A stretch of 59,819 bases of DNA, counting the filler, from Jimgerdemannia flammicorona (lineage: Eukaryota): assembly GCA_003990765.1 (NCBI GenBank). It is 2 parts of 2 records of this genome, joined end to end, with 100 filler letters (N's around TTAATTAATTAA, not from the genome) between each part and the next. Parts side by side here need not be neighbours in the genome. Positions count along the whole stretch, not along the records: positions 1 to 29,864 come from RBNJ01000466.1; 1 more part is not named here. The stretch is one strand, 5' to 3'. The position numbers were made by a program, and so were the translations under genes. Position 1 is the stretch's first letter. The number at the start of each line of letters is the position of its first letter. The notes beneath the pieces were generated by a model. The model worked only from the letters and a program-made list of their open reading frames with translations. It was not told the origin of the DNA and ran no database searches. This document shows positions 14,082 to 25,399 of the stretch, in pieces.

Positions 14082-14419
14082 CAATATCATTATTTTTTCA
14101 AGTAATTATTTACTGGGCACTTTTTTTTGTCTTCGGCGTGCAAATATTTGTCATTCCATTTAATTGAATATACATATGTTACGGAGGAATTATTTTTTCT
14201 ACGCAGAATTGAACTCACTATATGGAATGCCCTAGGATATTTTGTAGAACTCCGTTCGACCTGAGCAAGAGATTTCGAAACCGGATTCGTGATAAGTCTT
14301 CGCGCTCAGAATTTTAAATGTCAGGGAGTAACATAGAGATTGAAATCCGACTTGCTGGCCTGTGGCCGGAAATCTGAAACCGAATGGCGATATTTTCTAG
14401 AATTCTGTTTATGTTTGTG

Positions 14420-15506
14420 GATAGATTAATAATATTTTCTTAACAATAGCTCTAACTAATATATACTATATTTATTTGATAAAGTCATATTACTTAATAT
14501 ATAAATAGATATTATTAATATTATCACTATGAAGAGTAAAGTAAACAAATAAAAACTAAACTATACTAAGAGTTTTATATAATAGATATACATAGTATAT
14601 TATAGCAGATACTTAAAAAGTATGTTGAATTTCTTTATTTTGAATTCTTGATCTTCTTAACTCTTCAGAATCAGTTATAGAAAGCAGGGTGAGTTTGAAA
14701 GATATATCTGCCTATAAGCTAATAGTTTTTTACTTTTTGAACAATTTTGATCTAAGATTTATTTACTCTAGATACTAGCATTATTTATATAAGTTTGCTA
14801 ACTATGTATACAGTGACTAAGTTATAACTTTATTTCTTATGAGTTGATTACAACTATAGGATTTTCTTATATCTGTAAGATTAGTAACTACTAACTATAA
14901 TATATACTATACTATATTTGAAAATCAGCCTTAGATACTATAATTAAATATCTATTCTCTTAATTTATTTTTAATTTATATTATATATTATAACTTTTTC
15001 TTAAATATATCACTTTATCTTTAAAGTATCTATTGAAACTCTCAGACTTCTACTTTCTATAGTATCTTATATTACTCAATCTAACTAATTATAATTTCTC
15101 AATTATACTTTTATATATCTATATAAAGTCTTTTAAGATTATATATTAAAAATGAGATAGAGCTAGTTTATTATTTTTAAATAAATTTAGTGATAGTGGT
15201 CTGAGTATTAGAGATCTAACAGTAGTGATTTATTTTTCTTTTAATATATCTAATTATTGGCTAATAAGTTACATATCTCAATAATAAGTAATTCTAAAAT
15301 TCTACTTAATGTTAATATATTCTTAATAATAAATATATATATAAAATTCTTTAAATATTATAAAAGAACTTTTTTAAAATTAAAGATTTTATAGAATACA
15401 ACTTTCTTTCTATAGCTTATTAATTAATATTAGTAATCTTTAAGACTGCTGCTATACTTTACTTTTTTGATATAATACTTAAGTCAATTTTGATAAATAG
15501 TAATAG
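14420..15506 (-). mobile_element. Highly decayed LTR-retrotransposon internal region 3' of integrase; host of the Ngaro element
   Basis: Collinear with ~23000-24300 (for example 14703 vs 23071, 15150 vs 23598). Continues at 20481 beyond the Ngaro insertion. Confidence 0.55.
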
Positions 15507-16191
15507 CAAAGTATCTATCGAGTGACCAATTCAACGAAGTAGAAAAGGGGGGATTATGAAGCATAAAATGTAGAATGTATATAGGGGATGAAGCGGGGTA
15601 GGTTTGACTATATGGAAGCATATGTCTCCAAGGCCCACCATTTGCATTAGTGAAGGGGGCCTTCTTTTATTATATATTACTAAAAGGGGATGGGTGGGAG
15701 GGTTATGCGAACTGATTGTAAATACTAGCAACTAATTGCAACTTGGCGTAGTATATGCCTGACTAGCTGAGATGTGATGAATACTCAGTCACTGGACCGA
15801 TTACATTGTTACTAACTCACATTAATAGTTGGCATATTTTTAAAACACCACTAGCTAAGTTATCTTTGGCATAGAAAGGGACAAAAAACTGCATGAAATG
15901 AGCTAAACTAAGTCTGCCAAGGGGAAATTACATGATTGTTCTGCATAATGTTAAGTGGCTCTCAGCCACTTTGCTGAAGTTTGAATTGCATTCATAACTA
16001 TATCAAAGTGTCTATTGAGTGACCAATTCAATGAAGTAGAAAAGGGGGGATTATGAAGCATAAAATGTAGATTGTGTATAGGGGATGAAGTGGGGTAGGT
16101 TTGGCTATATGGAAGCATATGCCTCCAAGGCCTGCCATTCGTATTAGTGAAGGGGGCCAAAACTGTGGGCCTGAAAAGTGGTTTTAGGCTC

Positions 16192-17150
16192 CTAACGGTG
16201 CCACAAACCACTTATGGGCGAAATTCGGCCATTACCAGCTAAACCCATGGCCCACTGAAGATTGGGTAGAGGGAGTCCTGCTAGTGTTGCTGTGGTTTTG
16301 GAGAGAATGTGGTTGAGGTGTCGAATGTAGTGGAGAAATACAGTGGATTTCCATCGACCAGCAAGTTGAATGACATGATCAGGATAGCCCCCGGCTGCCA
16401 GAAGCATGGCACCACTAATTCGAAAGGAGTGACCATAAATACCAATAGCTAGAGAGGTGCCCATGAGCAGAGATCGAATCGCTTCAATGAATGTAGATTG
16501 AGAAAGTGGTTGGCCCAGGCCAAGGCAGAAGGCGGGGTCATGAGGTTGCACTGGGAGAATATGGACCATGTTGTCAATTGCAGTGCACGGGCAATTGAAG
16601 ATGCCAGAGAAGCTAAGGAAGATGTCACCTGCTCTGCCTGTTTTTGTTCAGAGAAGATGTAGAGCCCAGAATGGTTGAGAAAGGGTGTCATCCTGTCGGC
16701 GATGAAGATGGCGACAACAAATTTGCCAATTCAGATTGAATATGGAGCCATCTCAAGTAGTAAATTCACTAACACACATTAAGCCATAAAAAGCAGAGCA
16801 TACTGCTGCCCAAATAGTAGCACCAAAAGGAGTGTCTATGTGGAGAGAGAGATGGATAGACCAGAGGTGTTGGTGCATAATAGGAAGCCAGTCGAGTGAA
16901 CTGGAAGGTGGTGGGTGAGTCTGAATAGACTTTATAATGGTGTTGAAGAGGGGTAGAGAAAGGTGCTGGAGTGGAGAACCATGCCAGTGAGCGACCTGAT
17001 AGGCTATGAGATTATAGAAGTAGTTCTTAATGGTAGAGTAGGGCTTGCTATCTTGGATAAGCCAAAGAGCCCAATAACTGAGTAATTCATCTTGAAGAGG
17101 GAAAGCAGCAGCCTCTATGATATTGTAGGAGTTGAGAAATCAGTATAGAG
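16192..17150 (-). pseudogene. Tyrosine recombinase of the Ngaro element (frameshifted)
   Basis: C-terminal ORF 16192-16569 carries HSFRISGA...LAGRWKSTVFLHYIR. The upstream part is broken. Confidence 0.85.
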
Positions 17151-17329
17151 AATTAGTACCTGACCGGAAGTTACCTGTTCGAGTGTGGGTGCGTTGGTAG
17201 AGGCAGGTGTCGAATTGATGGTGAAGCCAAAGAGGGATGTGATTAATATAGGCAATGGATCCTGGGGATGTGGAGGAAGTATATGGTGAGATAAGAGATC
17301 TGCAGGGTTAGATGCTGAAGGGATGTAAC

Positions 17330-18860
17330 GAGCTTAAATTTCGAATCCGATTTCGAGATATAAGAGAATGATATGATGAAGTAAGTCATTGACAAGAGGA
17401 TGATGGCATGCCTGACCACTGGTCAACGATTCAACACAGGGCTGGCTATCACATCAGAGAATAATACATTGAGAATGAAACAAGGGGCCCCAGAGCACCA
17501 ATGAGACCCAAATGGCAAACATTTCTTTCTAGAATATGTCATAGCTATTCAGATCTAAGAAGGAGGAAGTCCAACGAGTACTCCACCAGCATTGGCCCAG
17601 CAGGCCGCTGGCACCAAGTGTCCCAGATGCATCTGTAAACAGACCACAATCGAGCCACTCAGAATGGCAGAGCAGGCAATGACCTGGCCATGAGTGTAGA
17701 ATATCATACCACTACTATAAGTTGGTGGCTAGTCGAGGAGGTGGAAAATGCTGCCCCACATAGGGCAGTTTCCAAGAGGAAGCGAAGCAAATGATGCCAT
17801 CACAAAACACCTTCCCATCTGGAAGTATTTGAACAATGTGCATAAGATGGCCTGAGAGTGATTGAGCTTCATGGTGTGAATGCGGACATAGACAGTATGA
17901 TTGAGTCTGCTGAGCCGGTGTAAGCCATGATGTTAGTAAGGTGAGAATGCATGTGCATTTCTCCATTGGGAGACTAATCATCATAGTTGGAGTGTCGAGA
18001 ATGAAGTCAACATACTCTATAGTTGGAGTAGGAGGAATATCTTTGGAGGGTTTGAGTGGGAGGCCGAATTGAGATGCGGTAGCATGAAATTGATTATAGG
18101 AGGAGAATGTACTGAATGGAGGTGTGATGTAGATAAAGTCATCAATGAAATGGCCCAAGTTAGGAAGATCATACAGTTGAATACAGATCTAGGTAAAGAG
18201 GTCCATGAGAGATGTGAAGATAAAGGGAGTGGAGCAAAGACCAAAGGGGAGGAACATGTTGAGGAAGAAAAGACCAAGCCAGCAGATACCCTGCATAGCC
18301 CAATTGGAGCAGTGTACTGGGATGGTGCAGAAGGCGTCAGCCACATTGGCCTTCCAGAAGAGCACAGTAGAGCCGACTGAGAGGAGAAGAAGAATGATGA
18401 CTTGAATAGACTGGTACTGGATTGAGAACTCCTCAGGATCAATTCTGTCATTGACTGAACTCCCATAGGGAAAGAATAGATGTTGTATAGTATGAAATTT
18501 GGACAAGTGCTTCTTAGGAATGGCACCGAGGGGTGCATTGTGAAAGGGGCAGAATTCTGGTGGTATGGAGGAGAGAGATGAAAATGGACCAAGATAGTGA
18601 CCCGCAGCTAGCTCGGTGAGAATGTTGGTGGAGAGAACTTCTTGGTACTGGTAAGCAGAGGTAAGGTTGTCAGATATGAGGTTGATGTGAAGCTCAGGGT
18701 GAGAGTGATTTCCGTGCTGATAACTGTAGTAGAGACCTGTTAAGTGGTACTGAACGAGTGATTGGTTTGGATGTGAATACAGTACCCTTTTCCACTCCTT
18801 AATATGGTACGGGGTGGTTGGGTGACTAGAAGTGGGGGGAATTGAGAGATTAGCCATGGC
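17330..18860 (-). pseudogene. RT-RNase H of the Ngaro element (stops and frameshifts)
   Basis: ORF fragments 18189-19169 and 17715-18158 have DIRS-type RT motifs. FTDASG at ~17625-17642. Confidence 0.85.
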
Positions 18861-20169
18861 AAGCAGAGCAAGCCAGGGCTGTGTAAGGTCCATAGCAGAA
18901 GAGGCATACATGCGCTTGACTGCAGTTTTGATAGGAGCAACTAGAGCCATTAAAGTTACAACAGACCAAGCTTGCTGCACCATCTGGGTAGATAGGATCA
19001 TCTGGCTTGGATGGGAAAGTAGGATGCTGGAGTGGAGTTTGGATGCAGGAGCTGACGGTATGTCCCCGCACCCCACATCGAAAGCACAAGAGGTTGGTGG
19101 ACAAGACCGGTTTTGGGCCACCAGCTGGGTGGGCAGTTGATGAACTTCCTGCCATATAAGATCCAGCATAGGAGAACGTAGAGCGACGTTGGTATGCTAA
19201 GGGTGCTGAGGAAGGTTGGCCGATGATTGTCTCGAATGTACAGCGAACCATATCTGGATTGCTGATGTCCAAGTCAGGGAAGGAGGCCTTGAGTGTACAA
19301 ACTTGATGGTTGAAGTGTTGAAGTGCCACCCAGTCATAACGATCATTTATCGCTTTAATGATAAAGATTGTGTAGGCAAGAAGTTGAGGAGCATGGGATG
19401 TATGCGAGGTCGATCGGGTGGTACCCAGAGCCAGTAGAGCACCTCAGATGTTAAAGATGGCTTCGAGCCACAGTGGTAGATCTAGGTCGTGGTTGAGCAT
19501 GTGTATATCTGCTTTTTTGCAGCTGCTTGATCGCGAAATAAGAGTGCTGCCAGTCCATTCAGATAGAATCTGATAGTCGCCCACATCTAGTAATGCCAGC
19601 AAGTCGGGCAGTACCCAATTCCATCAAAGCATAGCATCTGAAATGAGAGATGAGGAAGACTCACCACTTTGCAGATTTGGCAGTGATTGCGACATCAACC
19701 TTGTCATGGGAGGTGGTGGCATGAAGGGGGCCATGGCTGAGGGAGGAGTAGTGGCTGGTAGAGGAATTGCCTGTGACAAGCCCACTGGTAGCCCTGATAC
19801 TGGCAGAGTAATTAAGTTGGAGCCCATCGGTATAATGGACGGATGTGTTGCAAGGCGCCCAACTAAAGTGGGGATTAAGCATTCAATAAGGGCATCTTCA
19901 GCTTGCTCTCTAATAATCAGCTGAGGTGGAGGGTCGGGACTTGGACAGTGCGAGTTGAGATGCATAACTAGTGTGGCTTTTTGACCTTCAACTGACAGAT
20001 GATGTTTGCAACACAGTGCGACTAGCTGTTCTTTGTGATAAGTGCATAGGCCAGATAGATTGGGAATGGGGGAGGGGTGAGGTTCATGTAAGGGGGCTAG
20101 GGGGGCAACTGGTCTTGGGGCTATAGCTGGTTCCAAAGGACCATAAGACCAAGTGCAAATTGGGGGCAT
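18850..20169 (-). pseudogene. Gag-like ORF1 of the Ngaro element with SAP-like motif, CCHC knuckle and C-terminal Cys/His finger
   Basis: SAP pattern LCTYHKEQLVALCCKHHLSVEGQKATLVMHL; knuckle CFRCGVRGHTVSSC; finger CCNFNGSSCSYQNCSQAHVCLFC. Confidence 0.7.
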
Positions 20170-20704
20170 TGTGAATGTAGTATGTGAACTGATTGTAAAT
20201 ACTAGCGACTAATTGCAACTTGGCATAGTATACGCCTGACTAGCTGAGATGTGATGAATACTCAGTTGCTGGACCGATTACATTATTACTAACTCGCATT
20301 AATGGTTGACGTATTTTTAAAACACCACTAGCTAAGTTATCTTTGGCGTAGAAAGGGACAAGAAACTGCATGAAATGAGCTAAACTAAGTCCACCAAGGG
20401 GAAATTGCATGATTGTTCCACATAATGTTAAGTGGCTCTTGGCCACTTTGCTGAAGTTTGAATTGCATTCATAACTATATTAATAATTACATATATTTAA
20501 ATGTTTTTATAATCAGAGAAGATATTTTTTTCATATTTTATAAAAGATAAGTTCTTTTTTACTTAAGTTCTATTTTTTTATAATTATGAAGCTTTTATTA
20601 TATATATTTTAATATATTAGAACTTGGTCTTTTAACTTAATAATCTCTAAATATTTGTAAAATTTTTCTATATTATTCTATTATAAAGTGGGTATTTTAA
20701 TTAT

Positions 20705-22330
20705 TATCACATAGTGGGTACTAAGTTCTCTAAGTATGTCAGATTCTCTTCAAGGTGTATCTCTTAGACCCTATAAGTTTCTTATAAGTAAGCTCTATTG
20801 GAGTACCTTCTCAAGATCTTATAGTCCTCAAACTTCTTATCTTTAAACTATTCTGTTGTCTCTTAGATTTGCTTGCTTAGAATTGAGTAGAGAACTGGAA
20901 CTTCTATGCTCTTGAGTAGTGTTTGAATACTAAGTGTTTGAATACTTGACTACTGACTTTATTTCAAAGAAATGGAAGGAGTATTTATATAAAATATAAT
21001 TCAATAGTTCCTAAGTTATAAAACTAAATATAAATTCTAATAATCAAATAAATGAAGTACTTGAACATCAAAAACTTCAGGTTGTAAGTACAAATTCAAG
21101 TGTCTGTACAATTGGTTGTATAAGATCAGAATGCTGGAATAATTTCTGATAGTTATATAGGATCAGAATGCCAGAATATTTTCAATAGTTATATAAAGAA
21201 CTTAGAGCAGAATGTTCAGAACCCTGGAGACTTTATCTTCATCATTATCATCAAGGCCAGAGATCAGAGACAGAATGTCTTCAAAAGAAATAAAATTAGC
21301 AAACATTTTATCTATTTTGTATATTTTGTATATTTCACATATTTTGTGTATTTCATACATATCAATTAGTTGTTTGATGTCATCACCAATGATATCATCA
21401 TGTTGGCAGTAGTAGGAGGAGCAAGGAGATCAGGGGCTCTCCAATCTATGATATTTTCCTCCATAAAGTAGAGGACAAAAGTGAGATCTTGAGGGAGTTG
21501 AACCTGGATACTGGGGCCTTGGAATATTATAATTAATCCTTACAGAAATTGATCTGGATTGTCCTTGAGAATGGGATTTCAGAACTCTTCTATCTCATCA
21601 CTTTTGAGAGTAATAGTGGATTGGGCTTTTGTGGCCACTATGGCCTCTGGTATATCTGTGTAATAGGTTGATAAATTCTTGAAGTCTAAGACTCTGGTAT
21701 ACTCTAAGTTGGAGATTGACCAAGGTGTATATCTAAAGATCTGATAGATCTTTTTGGCTATCCTTAATTTATATATATCTATAGGAGTGATATCTCATAT
21801 CTCTTGGGGACTGATCTGAGGAAATTCCCAGCAGAAGAAGTTTTCTATTTCATATTCCTGCTATATCCAGAGGCATTAGGTAGTGGTAGTGATTCTTGTC
21901 TCTATTTTATGGTAGTAGAGAATAAAGTAATAAGAGTTTTGTACCAGTACTCAGGTTGAGGCTAGGAATCCTTCTGATACAGGTCCTCATAGCTCTTCTG
22001 ATGTCTTGAAATATCCTTTCTTAGACTGAGAAGTCTTGGTGGTTCCTGAATCTTAAGATTTAGTAAGTAGCAGACATTTTGTTTATAGTTTAAACTATTT
22101 CAGAATTTTGTAAGTCTTGTTTGAGTTACTGCTGCTGTGGTTCCTTAGTCCTTCTTTTATATTTCTTGAGATGTCTATCTTATGGTCATTATGACTCATA
22201 GTTGATCATCATTACTCATCTTGTAGTCTGGGTAAGTTATGCCATATGATCTTCTTGTGCTCTGATCTAGTAGCTTGTAAAAAAAGACTGTCTCCTATGG
22301 TAATGTTACCATTCTGAGGTCACTATTATA
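20705..22330 (-). mobile_element. Solo LTR (~1.6 kb) with 4-bp TSD TTAT
   Basis: Collinear with 57953-59507. Flanked by TTAT at 20701-20704 and 22331-22334. The joined flanks match the uninterrupted homolog at ~24510-24545. Confidence 0.7.
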
Positions 22331-23836
22331 TTATATAATTCTCAGTCTTTATATTTATTTAAAATAGTTTTTATATTTTTATATTTATATTTTTTATATA
22401 ATATCTCTATTTGATAATAGACTTTTTTTAGAACTTTTTTCTCTAAATAGTAATTTTATATATAGTGTAAAATAGTAAACTTCAAATTATTAATAAGTTA
22501 GATCTGAGAATTCTTTGATAAGAATACTTCTTTTATTCTTGAGAGAAGAAAGTAGAGCTGAGATTACAATATACTCAATATAGAGAATATTTATATAGAT
22601 TATTTCTATGGCTAAATATGGTATACTAGATATATCTATATGTAGTTATACTATATATATATAGTATATAGCTACTATATTAGAATATTATTTGAAAATT
22701 TTATTATAATTTCTATTAGTAATTCCATTGAAAATTTTATAAAAAATATTTGTCACTTATTACTATATAATGAACTATTACAATAAGTTAAATATATATT
22801 AGATATTATTGATAATATATAATAAAGAAAGTTACAATTTTTTAAAAAAAAAACTAGAATATACTCAGAAATAGTACTATATATATTTAGTCAATAATTA
22901 GTTTATAACTATTATGATAAAAAACCTAATATATTATAACAAAATTAAATATATAATATAATATAATAGATATATACTTTTGAGAATACATCAGATTTCT
23001 ATATCTTGAAAACTTAATCTTCTTTAACTCTATAGAGTCTTTAGGATATAGGAATAAGTAAGTTTGAATTATATCTGCCTATAGGCTTACTAGTTCTCTT
23101 GCTTTATTTTTGCTTTAAACTATTTCAATATGAGATTTATTCACTTTAGATACTGGAGATATTTATATAATTTTGCTAGTTATAAGGTGGTTAAGTTATG
23201 ATAATGTTTTTTATAAGTTACTTTTTATAAGTATCAATCCTTAGATTTCAAAAATTATCAAAATTCAATATCTGTTAAATCTCAATATTTGTAAAATTCT
23301 AACATTTGTTAAAATTTCTATATTTGGTAAATGACTGTTATTTATAAGACTATATTATATTTGAGAATAGAATTCAGATACTATAATCAAATGTTTATTC
23401 TTCTAATTCATATTTCTAATTCAGATCACCTATCATAACTTTCTCCTGAATAAGTGATTTATCTCTGATATATCCTATTTACTTGAACTCCCAAGCTTCC
23501 ATAAGTTATATCTCCTTACACTATATAATTTGTATAATTATATTCTCTCAATAGTATCTTTTAATATATCCAAAGTCTTCTGAAACTACTTCTCAGAAAT
23601 GAGCTAAGGCTGACTCATCATCTTTAAACAACTTATACACTTATTTAGTAATGTAATCTGAGTATAAGAGAGCTAATATCCTCTGATCTAGTTTCTTTTT
23701 CCATTTCTGGTTATGAATTCAGTTAATGTCTCAACTTGAAGAATTTTTAAAACTCCATCTAGTTCTAATAAGCCTTGAAATGTGAAATTTGTAACAAGGA
23801 TATCTGTACTGTATTTTGGATACTATTGAAGGATTT

Positions 23837-24210
23837 CAGTAATCCCAACAAATTGAATTGAATTAAATTGGACCCAAATTCGATTTGATTTGAAAACTTC
23901 GAATCAAATTGAGGCCCAATTCGATTTGAATCAATTTGAATTGAGATCCAATTTGATTCAAGGTCTGATTTGAACTCTATTTTTAGAAATTAAATATCTC
24001 GGCATATATATATTCAAATTCAATGATCTTTAGCTTGGTAGATTCCTATTATATAGAGTAATCTAACAAGCTAAAGATCATTGAATTTGGACATGTATTT
24101 GTCGAGTTATTACATTTCTAAAAATAGGGTTTGAATTGGACCCTCAATTTGATTCAAATGACCCTCAATTCAATTCAATTCGAATTGATTTGATTCATTT
24201 GGGAGTACTA
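23837..24210. mobile_element. Palindromic MITE-like element with hAT-like termini
   Basis: Ends CAGTAATCCCAA...TTGGGAGTACTA resemble the hAT TIR at 44783/51098. GAATC/GATTC subterminal repeats. Central hairpin with a perfect 23-bp stem CAAATTCAATGATCTTTAGCTTG / CAAGCTAAAGATCATTGAATTTG. No TSD seen. Confidence 0.75.
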
Positions 24211-25390
24211 CTTTCTATAGCTTATTATATAGTACTAGTGATCTTGAGGGCTGTAGTAGTAATTTAATAATTATCCATAGTACTTCTTGAGTCAGTTTTA
24301 GTGAATAGTAGTGGAGATGATTGTATCTGAGAGTTTTTATAGCTTAAAGGTGGTTCTTTTTATATCTTGGATGAGGTAAGATCCTTCCCACTTAGACTCT
24401 AGTTTTTGTAACCATGAAGCTTTTACTATATTCTAATATACTAGATCTTTGTCTCCTATTTTGATAATCTTCAAGGACTTGTAATCTTCCCTATATTATT
24501 CTGTTGTAGAGTCTGTACCTTGGTTACATAATTCTCAGTCTTCTTTCAGATTTGATATAGTCTTCATATCTCTATATTTATATATTTCCATATAGTATCT
24601 TTATTAGATAATATGATTCCTTGATAACTTTCTTCTCAAAGCAATATTTTTCAAGAGATAAAATGGGTACATTGTGATTGAATATCTTAAAGAGCAGATA
24701 AAACTATTGATAGATAATAATCTCAGTTTTCATAGTTATTACAGATCTTAGTAATAATATTCTTGAGAGTCCTATTGGTTATTTCTACTTATTCATTTCC
24801 TTAAAAGTAATAGACAGTAATCCAAATATACTAGATCTTATACTTCTTATTGAGTATCTCAAAGAACTGATTCATGAATTCTATTCCTCTATCTATAGTT
24901 ACTTGTATTGGGATCTTAAATTAGTAGATAATCTCTTTATAGAAGAAATTAGTGATAGACTATATATTGGCTTTCTTGAGGGATTCTGTTTTTATTCATT
25001 TTATGAAAAGATTTATAATAATTATAACATATTGATTACCAGTCAAAGTCAAGAGTAAAGGGCTAATTATATTTATTGTAATATGTGCAAATAGTACTGA
25101 TTCTATATATACTAATCTGGGGTTTGATTTTATTTGTCTTGTTTCTATTTTTAGCATTTATTATAGGTCTTAACAAATCATTAGATATCTTTCTCCATTC
25201 TGAGCCAATACATTATTCTTCTTGCTTTATTATATATATTTGTTCCTCTTAGATAGTTAAGTTCATATACTGATTTCATTACTTGCTCCTTCTTGTATCA
25301 GATATAATTAAGAGTTTTCTTTTTTTAATATTTCTCTATTAGTTTCAAATTGTTTCTATATTCAGTTGATAATCATTTGTATCCATCAAA
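24211..25390 (-). mobile_element. Decayed Ty3/Gypsy integrase region
   Basis: KLESKWEGSYLI (GPY/F motif) at ~24365-24410. Decayed T.Y..Q.NG.VE..NR.L at ~24765-24820. Confidence 0.7.
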
Positions 25391-25399
25391 CAAGTATAC

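Larger units (their letters stand above)
15507..20480 (-). mobile_element. Ngaro-type (DIRS-order) tyrosine-recombinase retrotransposon with split direct repeats A1-gag-RT/RH-YR-B1-A2-B2
   Basis: Repeat A (300 bp) at 20181-20480 and 15704-16003. Repeat B (155 bp) at 16004-16158 and 15507-15661. YR motif GHSFRISGA...GRWKS..F..YIR. RT motifs PLGAIPKK, SVND.I, LPFGL.S.P, FIDDF. RNase H FTDASG. Gag zinc fingers present. Confidence 0.93.
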
